Positions 13,440-24,100 of a DNA stretch of 64,000 nucleotides are shown here, one piece after another. A program made the translations under genes and the position numbers. Positions within the stretch are counted from its first letter, which is position 1; each line of letters opens with the position of its first letter. This DNA comes from Octopus sinensis (lineage: Eukaryota). The notes under the pieces are model-generated. The model saw nothing but the letters and a program-made list of their open reading frames with translations, was not told the DNA's origin and searched no databases. The stretch is from the NCBI RefSeq assembly GCF_006345805.1, contig NC_043000.1, forward strand, positions 81,034,001 to 81,098,000. Reading direction: 5' to 3'.

Positions 13440-14552
13440 CCTCCCTCCATCCCTCTTCTAGAAATTATTATGAACACCATAGTAACACGTGGTTGAAGAA
13501 TGGGTCGTTAAACAAAAATATCATGTAATACTTTGTTCAGTCCTATTTAGCTGCCTTTATGCTCAGCTTTGTCCTTCTTTTCCTCTGAAATTGATTAATT
13601 AAGAAGAAGAAAGAGTATTGGGGCTGCTATAATCAACTGCAAGGCCCTTGAAGAAGTACTCCAGAATGGTCACAATGCAATGACTGAAACCAATAAAAGA
13701 ATAAAAGAATATTTATCATTGCAAATATCATCACAATAGTCATTATACAATCATCATCAAGAACATGATCAATGTTTTCTGTCATCATCACGTAATCATT
13801 ATCATCATTATTATTATCATCATTATTATCATCATCATTGTCATCATTATCTCCATCATTGTCAATGTTGTTCTCATCATCATAATTGCCAAATGTTATC
13901 ATCATCATTGCTGTGTATTCACATTGTCATCATTATCATCACCTTCATTATCATTACCATCGTCCTTAAAAACACCATCATTATTATTTTCACCTATTTC
14001 TTCTTTCAGCATTATCAAAATCACCACCGTCTTCATTATCATTTTACTTTAACATATTTTTGTTCCTCACCATCATCTATTATTTATTTATTTTGTTAAT
14101 GTCAGGGAAAATACCTTGTGGTATTTGCCTAGGCTCTTTACACTTTGAGTTGATCCTTTCGTAGTCAATAAAATAAAACACCAGTCAAGTTGACGGTATT
14201 GACAATACTTTCCCTTCAGAACTGCTGGACTTGTGCTTAAATCAAAAACCATATTATTATTAAAGTGATGGCTTGTTGCCAACTTAATGTGGCAGTCCCA
14301 GGAAAGGGAAGACTGCTACTGTTATTTAGTCCCAAGAAACACCGTTTCTAGTTGGCTACATGACACAAGCGTTCTGTGTCAAGTTTTCAAACAGGGAAGA
14401 TAAGCACCTCCACCCAACAAAGCCAGCATCCAGAGACTAGTTTCATATTATTATTATCATTATTATCATTTCATTATATGTAACAACACACACTTTATGT
14501 CTGTCTTTGTATTGTCCCCCTCATTCTTCGCCCTTGTGGTCAATAAATGAAA

Positions 14553-14596
<44 letters not shown>

Positions 14597-14690
14597 GAGT
14601 GACAGAGCAGTGCATGCCATCAAAGTGACACTGGGGTAAAATATACGAAGTGCACATGCATCACAACCAGATGTGCACATGGTGATCTCA

Positions 14691-14988
14691 GTTCTATATT
14701 TAAGAGATGAGAAATTATGTACATTATTTACATTCAACGGATATTTGTCCTCATCTTGTTTGTTGTTAACAATGTTTCGGCTGATATACCCTCCAGCCTT
14801 CTTCAGGTGTCTTGGGGAAATTTCGAACCTGGGTTCTCTTCCGAAGGTATTTTTCGATGTTGTTATAATTATTATTATTGTTGTTGTTGTTATTGTTCAG
14901 GTCACTGCTTGGAATCGAACTTGGAATCTTGGGCATAGTAGCCTGTGCTCTTAACCACTGTGCCATATGCCCAAGCACTGACCTGAAC

Positions 14989-15032
<44 letters not shown>

Positions 15033-15204
15033 TAATAATAAATAACATCGAAAAATACCTTAAGAATGAGAACCCAGGTTCGGAATTTCCTCAAGATGCC
15101 TGAAGAAGGTTGGAGGGTGTATCAGCCAAAACATTGTGTTAACAACAAACAAGAAGAGGACAAATATCCGTCAAATGTAAATAATGTAAATAATGTAAAT
15201 AATA
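14691..15204. mobile_element. Inverted cassette of a tRNA-headed SINE carrying a hammerhead-type 3' region, flanked by a 9-bp direct repeat
   Basis: Minus-strand copy 14972->14691: A-box TGGCACAGTGG (14955-65), B-box GTTCGATTCC (14911-20), (TAA/CAA)n, then a body with CTGAAGA..GAAA. Headless inverted copy at 14975-15204. GTGATCTCA at 14682-90 and 15205-13. Confidence 0.75.
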
Positions 15205-15921
15205 GTGATCTCATATCTCATGAACTTGCAGGTGGGACCTAGTTAGAATTTTCTTCAGATGAAGTAGCCCATCCCACTCAAAAGGTTTGTTTAAGGATAC
15301 TTTTTTCCACTCTAGACACAAGGCCTGAAATTTTGGGGGAGGGGGGGCCAGTCGATTAGATCGACCCAGTATGCAACTGGTACTTAATTTATGCCCCCCA
15401 CCCCCCGAAAGCCAGCCTCGGTTGAATTTGAACAGAAAATGTAAAGACAGACAAAATACCTCTAAGCATTTTTCACCTGGTGTGCTAACATTTTTGCCAG
15501 CTTACCACCTTGCTTAAGGATATTGAACAATACACCCATGTTTCCAGAGGTGAGTTATTTGAACCCAATGAATTCCTCTCAACACATGGTTATGATGCTC
15601 CCCACTACTTCTGCTCATGATCAGAGGTGCACATATTGTCAGACACCAAGCAACATGTTCAACTGGTTAGGGTCAAACAACTGACAAGTAAATCTGTGGC
15701 ATTGAGCAGAATACTTACTGTAGCCCATACCAAGAAAAAACATGTATATGATAGCACTTTCAGTCAGTTAAGATGAGAAGCCATGAGAGTCAATGCCTGG
15801 TTGTTGTTGTTGATGTTATTATTATTATTAGTAGTAGTAGTAGCATGTTAAATTTTTTGCCTTGTTTATCTATTTTATAAATCTTGATACATCACATAAA
15901 TTTTTGAATGCTGTTTTGCAG

Positions 15922-16010
15922 TGTTCCGGCAAGGAGACATCGGAACTAATTGGTACACTGTCGTATCTGGCACCCTGGAGGTTTATCTTTCAGATACAGG
16001 AGACCAAAAG
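15922..16010 (+). CDS. RAPGEF4: Internal coding exon of Epac (cAMP-regulated Rap GEF, RAPGEF4/Epac2-like), N-terminal cyclic-nucleotide-binding domain
   Basis: Acceptor ttttgcAG at 15920-21 and donor AAG|GTaaaa at 16011. After 2 nt (phase 1) the frame reads [29 protein letters not shown], which I recognise as matching the Epac2 segment [26 protein letters not shown]. Not in the ORF track because it is a short exon. Confidence 0.88.
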
Positions 16011-16042
16011 GTAAAATGTTTTCAATTCTATGCATCTCTGTC

Positions 16043-16090
<48 letters not shown>

Positions 16091-16296
16091 GTGAAATAGA
16101 AAGATGAATAATCTTGTAGTATTAATCAAAAGTTTAACCGATACCTTAGTAGCAAAAATCACAGCAGTAAACAGCACGGTTGGAGGTACAACCATCTGGC
16201 GTTGCAACCGTGCGTTGGTGCGGATAATTGAAATTAAAACATTATTGGTGAATTGAAGAAATGGAGCTGAACGCAGATTGAACAGAAATCGTTTTA

Positions 16297-16386
16297 TTTC
16301 ATTCTACACGTGTTTCGAAAGGCACAAATTACCAAAATCCGATTGAATAATGGGACCATATTGTGTCTTTCTCTTCAGGAAGAAAA
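16297..16386 (-). ncRNA. Mirror copy of the same hammerhead motif on the minus strand
   Basis: Exact reverse complement of 16490-16579 in the left arm of the inverted repeat. Confidence 0.7.
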
Positions 16387-16489
16387 AAGGAAATCCGTTG
16401 GAAAAACAGAACAGAGGCGGAGCAAAAAACAAATCGAACTGTGCTCCTAAGAGCCCATGTGAAACTCTGTTTTTCCAACGGATTTCCTT

Positions 16490-16579
16490 TTTTCTTCCTG
16501 AAGAGAAAGACACAATATGGTCCCATTATTCAATCGGATTTTGGTAATTTGTGCCTTTCGAAACACGTGTAGAATGAAA
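16490..16579 (+). ncRNA. Minimal type-I hammerhead ribozyme motif with intact catalytic core
   Basis: Stem I 5' 16490-97; CUGAAGA 16498-504; stem II GAAAG/CUUUC (16505-09/16555-59, extendable); GAAA 16560-63; palindromic stem III ACACGUGU; GUA cleavage triplet 16569-71; stem I 3' GAAUGAAA (7 of 8 pairs). Confidence 0.75.
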
Positions 16580-16680
16580 TAAAACGATTTCTGTTCAATC
16601 TGTGTTCAGCTCCATTTCTTCAATTCACCTATATATATATATATATATATATTATATAATTATATATATATATTATATAT

Positions 16681-16788
16681 ATTAATAATTAGTAGAAGCA
16701 ACAGAGTGGTTCAAGCTCTGAGAGTTTTGTATGAATGCACAAATCTCTCAGACCTTGAGTTACTCTGTTAATTCTGCTAAATATTAAT
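16681..16788 (+). other. ~108-nt imperfect hairpin (pre-miRNA-like or small foldback)
   Basis: aacagagtggttcaagctctgagagttttgt pairs with acaaatctctcagaccttgagttactctgtt (3 G-U pairs, 2 mismatches, 8-nt loop). Basal extension agtagaa/ttctgct. Confidence 0.6.
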
Positions 16789-16932
16789 AAGAAATATACA
16801 TATACTCATATTTTGAGTTATATTTTTCTTGTTTGCATCAACGCACCTATATATATATATATATGCTATACTATTCTATACTATTCCATGCCATGCTTGC
16901 TTTAGTGCTCTTTGACACACCACACACACACA

Positions 16933-16971
<39 letters not shown>

Positions 16972-17683
16972 TTTGTGGTATGCTGTGTCATATCATCTAC
17001 ACACTAACAAGGCAAACCAGTAAAGTTGTTTTACATCATCAAAATAAATTCCTTACAGTATTTTTTACAATTCTCTGCTCCTTGATTTCAAGTCTGGCCC
17101 AATACCAGTTTTGCTTTTCATCTTCTGGGCCAATAAATGCAATACTAGTCAAATACTAGAGCCAGTTACTTCTCACTTTCTCTCTTTCTCTCACTTCCTC
17201 TCTATCTCCCCTTCACTCATAATTACTGTCTATCTTTTCTCTCAGAATTGGCTGCATTGAATGGGTCAAGAGAGGCAGAGTACTCACATTGTGACACCTC
17301 CAATTCTTTCCTCACAAATCTGTGAACCCATAAAGAAAGAAAAATATTTCCACATTACATATTTGTGTGTACAAACAGATATGTATGTACATACATGTCT
17401 AATGAACATGTGTGTATATACACACATGCACACAGACTTCCCGTTCTATTTCACTTGCATAAACATGGTTATAGCTTTTCTTTTATTGTCTTTTACTTCT
17501 TTCGTTAATTAGACTGTGACCATGCAGGGCACTACCTTGAAGAATTTTTTGTTGAATGAATTGACCCTAATACTTGTTTTTAAACCTGGTACTTATTCTG
17601 TTGATCTTTATTACTGAACCACAAAGTTATGCACCAGCCCAATTGTCTAGCAGTGATGGGGACAAATAAGGCACAAAAATGCA

Positions 17684-17737
<54 letters not shown>

Positions 17738-19067
17738 TGATGGGCATCTTTTAGTTTCTATCTACCAAATCTACTCACAAGGCTTTTGTTGGCCTGAGGC
17801 TTAAGTAGAAGACACTTGCCCAAGGTGTCACACAGTGGGACTGAACCTGGAACCATATGGTTGGGAAGCAACCTTCTTACCACACAGCCACATCTAATTA
17901 TTTTAATTATTTTAATTAAATTTTGTACCCCTACCCCACCCCTAGGTGATAAATACCCTGTTTAGATGAGATGATATGTGTACAATAAAGCAGTATCATA
18001 TCTATCACTTAGATATAGTCCACTTCTGATTTCAGTGGGTTTGAAAGGTTATTAAAATCTGAATTAGCTCTTATTTGCAATAACTCTTCTACAAGATTCA
18101 TCAGGAAACCATATCTCACTCATATATTCCATTTAGGCATGGTTACTATGACTGGATATCCTTCAAATGTCAACTCCTATTCCGGGTGCACTGAAAGCAT
18201 TTTATCAGGGTACCAGCTCTTGAGAGTTTGTCATAGCTTCTACAAGACTAAAGTTCTAACTCTACACTCTGTTGTTTCCATTTGTTCAAGGCAAACGTAA
18301 CTGAAGATGAGAGTAGAGCAGAGGGAGATGGATGACTGAGTGAGACAAGAGAGGGAAACAAAGCAAAATGAGAGTAATTGCGAAAGGGGGAGGAGTAATG
18401 AAACAGGAATGAGGATATGTAGTTATATGCCAGTTGTTGATGAAGAGATTGAAAAAGAATACAGAAAGTGTGTGGTTCATTTCTATTTTTTTTTTAAATC
18501 CTATCTCCTTGATTGAATAATAAATGATGAGTGTGTGCACAAATGTGGTAGGCTTTATTGCTATTGAATCTTCTAGAACAATATGTTTAACCTCCTGCAA
18601 ACATCTAGATCCATGTAAATCACCACAGAACACATCTACTGCAACACCACATAATACTACTTCACAATAACTGCTATGACAATGAATTCATAACACTGTA
18701 CTGTCATATCTCTGTCCTCCTGTCAAGAAGCTGTCTTCCCTCATTGATCCATATGTGATTGTGGATGCTATCATTGTTGGGTTTTTTTTTTTAACTCAAT
18801 GGCAGCATTGGCTGAACAGAGATATAATCAAAAACCTCCTTGCTGTGACTCTCCCATCAATTTTCTTGAGTGCAGGAAACTTAAGACCACATTTTTCCAA
18901 TGTGCCCCCAACATTTTTAGTGTGAATTAAGAGATTTTTGCAAGTAGTTCTTGCAAGTCCAGCAACTTCAGAGTGGCGAACCTCTCTGGCTTATCATCAT
19001 AAATGTATATATGTAACATCATTCACTGTTGTGGTCTGTATGTGAAACCTATGATAACATGAAGTCA

Positions 19068-19432
19068 TCTAGTATATATATATATGTATAAAAACGGCAA
19101 AATGTCTGTCTCTGTGTGTGTCCTTTATACAAATCCACAATTTTTCAGTTAGAGGGCTCGCACTTTCTATGGTCATTCAAAACTGTCCAAGGGTGGTTGT
19201 GCACATCTTTACATTTCCCCAGTCACCCGGCAAAGCTATTAAAAAATCAATAGAAGTGACATTTTTGTGAATTTTCTATCCCAAACCCAATCAAAATGCC
19301 CAAAACTTGATACGCCAATTGAATGCCAGCTAGCTGTATGCGATTGGTCGGAGATTTGGACAGTACTTGTGTGTATGTGTGCATGCACACAGCTGTATAT
19401 GCATGCACTAGCACTACGCTGCATAGTGCTAG
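19068..19432 (+). mobile_element. Possible non-autonomous Helitron-like element
   Basis: A|TC at 19067-69; 3' CTAG|T at 19429-33; 10-bp perfect hairpin actagcacta/tagtgctagt at the 3' end; no TIRs. Confidence 0.45.
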
Positions 19433-19569
19433 TATATATATATATATGAGAGTATTGTAGTTCGCTTGAAGCATTGTGTATTGTTTGTAAAGAATAAAAA
19501 GTTTTGAATGGTACAACAATGCACTATAATACAGACAATGGGCTATATACCTGTTGTAATCTAGTCATC

Positions 19570-19620
19570 CATAGTCTGATATGATATTTCAGAATAGTAT
19601 TCCTTCTTCAGATATTCTTA
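19570..19620 (-). ncRNA. Hammerhead-like motif, core intact but stem I weak
   Basis: Minus strand: CUGAAGA-A-GGAAU-acu-AUUCU-GAAA-UAUCAUA-UC. The flanks pair poorly. Confidence 0.35.
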
Positions 19621-20529
19621 GATGGAGTCGCTGCTTTAATCGGTTTCTAATGGCTTTTCTTTTTTATTTTGTGGAAGCGTCTCAGCAGTGGTCTCATGAT
19701 ACTCCATGCAGAATTCTTCATGAGAAGTGTGCGAGGTCAGCGATATCTCAACCTTGTGTGTGCTGGTACATCTGTAGCGCTGCTTCTAAGTTACGTATTA
19801 TACATGCAGCTTCCTTTTTTTCCCTTCTTTTTTTTGTGTCTCTTCTTTCTTTTTTTTTGTTATAAACTACAGATTATATATTATATATATTATATATATA
19901 TATATTTACATACTTTCTAATTTATTGATTTTTTTAGTTTAAAGTTTGTGGGTTGAGACAGAACTGATATTCTCTGCAAGGATTTAACATAGCCTTTGTA
20001 TAACGTTGTTGTTGCATTGTATTGAACAAATATATCTGTGGTTGTGCCAAGTATTCATACATTGTTCAGTATCCTTGACTGTATATTCTATGTAATTGTT
20101 ATAGAACTGACAAGCTCTGCTCCTAGTATTTTTGTCTCCTTTTTGTGCATGCATGCATTACTGTATCTTGTTCATTTATTCATTTAACATTTGTTTCTCT
20201 GTGTTAGTATGGCTTTAATAGGAAATTATTTTGAGACAGGCTTTTACAGCTGGATGCTCTTCCTGTCACCAACCCTCACCTGACTTTTAGGTGAAAATTT
20301 TTATATCATCGAATGGTCTTCAAAAGAGCAGAATGACCAGTCATAATATCAATATCAGAACTGCTTCAAGCAAATGGTGATAAATGCAATGAACATTTAT
20401 GCATATTCACTTACACACAGACACACATACAGACACACATACAGACACACACATGCACATACATACACACAGACACACATGTACACATTCATACACACAT
20501 ATACGTATATGTATATATATATAAAATTA

Positions 20530-20870
20530 ATATATGTTAGGAAAAATTATAGAAATTTTTTCTACCAGTAGCCTAGCATGTATACAAAGTCAATAGACAT
20601 ATTTTTCATATAAAATTAGTGTACATTTAAACTCAAAAAGAGGCAAGCCTTAACAGGTTACCTTACATACTAGAAGGAACAGTCAAAAAATCCAAACCAC
20701 AGTTAAGAGCAAATTTCAAAGAGAATAAAAAACAAAAACATTTACGATGTTTTACAGTCAGACCTTAGGTTTCGAACTTTAATTAACAAATAAAATAATT
20801 TGCAAGGTGAAGTTCCAATCAGAGGGTACACAAAACATTAAAATATAGATTAGAGACAAAATAACACGTG
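20530..20870 (-). mobile_element. Penelope-like terminal remnant with degenerate hammerhead
   Basis: Minus strand: CUGAUUG-GAACUU..AAGUUC-GAAA-CCUAAGG-UC (20761-20822). The core deviates from CUGANGA. Confidence 0.35.
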
Positions 20871-20899
20871 TCTACTATCTTTTCAAATATCTGATATTT

Positions 20900-21082
20900 C
20901 AGTTCTATATTTAAGAGATGAGGAATTAAGTACATTATTAACATTATTTACATTTGACAGATATTTGTCCTCATCTTGTTTGTTGTTAATACAACGTTTT
21001 GGCTGATATACCCTCCAGCCTTCTTCAGGTGTCTTGGGGAAATTTTGAACCTGGGTTCTCATTCCTAGGGTATTTTTCAATG

Positions 21083-21090
<8 letters not shown>
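20900..21090 (-). mobile_element. Third copy of the hammerhead-bearing SINE body; its (TAA)n tract abuts an R4/Dong element
   Basis: Near-identical to 14691-14860. Hammerhead at 20988-21033 with G12 changed to A. Confidence 0.8.
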
Positions 21091-21132
<42 letters not shown>

Positions 21133-21135
<3 letters not shown>

Positions 21136-24100
21136 TAGTTTTATTTTTATAGCGTGCTTTCACTTCACTACCGAGCGCAGCTCTGTGTGCCTTGGGTATG
21201 TGCTGTGATTTGTTGTGATGCTCTGATGGTTATTGTATGGAAAGTGTTCTGCGTAGGATGTGTGCAGTGCCTAGTAGTGCAATTTTCTGTATGTTATATG
21301 TGTTTGTAAGTCCTGGTGTTTTTGTTATGTATTTGTCTGAATATTTTTTTATCATGCCTAATGCACCTACTATGATAGGAATTGTTTCTGTTTTCAGGTT
21401 CCACATTCTAGTTACCTCTATTTCCAGGTCTTTGTATTTTGAGAGTTTCTCCATTTCTTTTAGAGACACGTTGTCATCTGCCGGTATTGATATATCAATT
21501 AGAAAGCATTTTTTTGCTTCATGATCTCTGACAACTATATCTGGTCTGTTGGCCTTGATTTCTCTATCTGTGTGTATCGACATATCCCAGAGTATGGTTG
21601 CTTTCTCGTTTTCTGTGACCTTTTCTGGTGTGTGCCTATACCATCTTTTTTCTGTTGTTATTCCATAATGTTGGCATAGCTTCCAGTGTATGTAGGTTCC
21701 AACTCTGTCATGTCTGTGAATATATTTCTTCTTAGCCAGGACTGGGCAGCTAGAGATAATATGATTTATTGTTTCTTGTCCATCTCCACATATTCTGCAG
21801 TTACTTGTAATATTTCTTTTCATTACATGTTTTTGGTAATTTCTGGTGGGGAGGCTTTGTCTTGTGCTGCAATTAAAAATCTCTCTGTTTTTGCTTTGAG
21901 TCCTGAGCTTCTCAACCATTGCTGGGATTTTTCTTTATCTATTTCTTTTGCGTTTAGTTTAGTGCAGTATTTACCATGAAGGGGCTTTTCTTGCCATCGT
22001 TTTATCATGGTTCGTTGCTGTTCTATTTTTAGTTTGGATTTCATTTGTTTTATAGCTTTTGTTGTTTCTTCATCATCTTCTTCTTCTTCTTTGTGTTTAT
22101 TAGGTGGTATGATTTCTTGTTTGTATTTGTCAGCTTCCTTAAATACTGAGAACAGTTTTTTGTTTTGCTCGTGTTTTGCTGCTATCTGGATCAGTTTTCC
22201 TTCCTTCTGAAGTAGGTATTTTTGCAGTCCTATGGTGGTTATTTTATAGTAGTTTTCCAGTTGTATAAGGCCTCTACCACCTTCTACACGTTGTATATAT
22301 AGTCTTTCTATGTCAGATTTTGGGTGATGCATCCTAGATCCTGTCAGTATTTTTCTTGTTTTCCTATCTATTTTGGACAGTTCATTTCGTGTCCAGTTAA
22401 GGATATTGTAGCTGTAACTTATAACTGGGACAGCTAAAGTGTTAATACCTATTATCTTGTTTTTAGCATTGAGCTCTGTTTTTAGTATTGATCTAACTCG
22501 TCTATAATATTCTTTTTTTATTTTCTCTTTCATTTGTGTGTGTTGTGTCTTATCTAGTTCATGGATTCCTAAGTATTTGTAAGTTTGGCTTTGGTCTAAT
22601 TCTTTTATTTCATTGGTTTTATCTAGTGTGATGTTGTTACTCTTAACTAGTTTTCCTCTTTTCATGGTTACTTTGGCGCATTTTCTAATCCAAATTTCAT
22701 ATCTATTTCTTTGGTAAATCCATGAACTGTCTTTAATAGTGTTTCCAGCTGTTTGTCATTTGCAGCGTATAGTTTTAGGTCATCCATATATAAAAGGTGG
22801 CTGATCGTTTTGCCGCATCCAGTTCTATTTAGCATATCAGATAGAGGTGACAGTGCCAAGCAGAAAAGGAGTGGAGAGAGCGTGTCTCCCTGGAATATTC
22901 CTCTTCTAATGGGGATGGCTTTGGTTTTCATGAGTCCCTCTTTTGTTTGGAGCTGTAGCACTGTTTGCCATTTATTCATAGAGTGCTCTATGAATTTTAT
23001 GATTGTTGGTGCTACTTTGTTAATGGCTAGTGTTTCGAGGATCCATGTGTGGGGGATGCTATCAAACACCTTTTTGTAGTCAATCCGGGCCATACTGAGG
23101 CCTTTCTTCTTTCTGTGGCTGTCTTCAGTTACGGCTTTATTAATCATTAGTTGATCTTTACAGCCATATGAGTCTTTGCGGCAACCTTTCTGCTCTTCTG
23201 GGAACAGTTTGTTTTCGTCCAGGTGCTTGTTCAGCCTTTGCAATATCACTGCAGTAAATGCCTTGAACATAGTAGGGAGGCAGGTTATTGGTCTGTAGTT
23301 TTCTGGTTTTGTTGTTTCATTTGATTTGGGAATTAAGATGGTTTTCCCCTCTGTGAGCCATTCAAGCATTGTCTCTGGCTCTGCTAGTATGTTGTTAAAA
23401 TTTTCAGCCAGCTTTTTGTGCATTCCTGTTAGATATTTCAATCAGAAGTTGGGGATCTTGTCATGCCCAGGTGCCTTCCAGTTGCTTAGTCTTTGCAGTG
23501 CCTGGGTGACCTCTTCAGTTGTTATGGGGGTCCAAAGTTGCTCAGATGCTGAGTTTGTTGTTTTAATACTCCTTTTTTTTGGTTGTTCATTCGCCAACAA
23601 AATTTCTCTCCAGAATTCTTCCACTTCTTCTGCCATTGGTGCTGCAGTGATTTCTATTTTATTTTCGCCAAGTTCTTGGTAGAACTTTTTGGGGTTGGAG
23701 TTGAACTTTTTGTTTTGTTCAAAGAAGTGCTGGCGTTTCTCGTACCGGCGGATCCTTTGTGCTTTGGCAAGGATATCTTGCTTCAGCTTTTCTTTTATCT
23801 CAGGTAAATCTTTTTCTGTAATGTTATGTTTGCGGAGTATTTTTGTTTTCTTTTTGTTGCTCAGTAGCGTTGATTGTCTACTGATTTCATTAAGAATCGA
23901 CAGATCTTTTCTCATTTTTTTGTATTTTGTTTTGGATGTTATTTATCCACAGGGTTTGTTTGGGTGTTGGTACTCCTGTTTGGATGGGTTTGAGTGAGTA
24001 TCCAGCTTCTTTTGTGGCTGCAGTGGCTGCTGCGTATACTAAGTCATTTAGCTCAGTGATATCGCTTTTTGTTTCAGTGGCTATTAGTTCCGTGACGGCT

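Larger units (their letters stand above)
16247..16629. repeat. Near-perfect inverted repeat, 164-bp arms with a 55-nt spacer, inside an element inserted in (TA)n
   Basis: Arms 16247-16410 and 16466-16629 show a single difference (a G-U pair in + strand RNA). Flanked by (TA)n at ~16028-16087 and 16630-16680. Confidence 0.95.

Noticed and set aside
13633-14099. ORFs rich in I/N/D/H and similar poly-HT, poly-CV, poly-YI and poly-W ORFs throughout the track
   Set aside because: Translations of microsatellites and low-complexity DNA.
16304-16572. Mirror-image ORF pairs on both strands
   Set aside because: Artefact of the inverted repeat; no protein similarity recognised.
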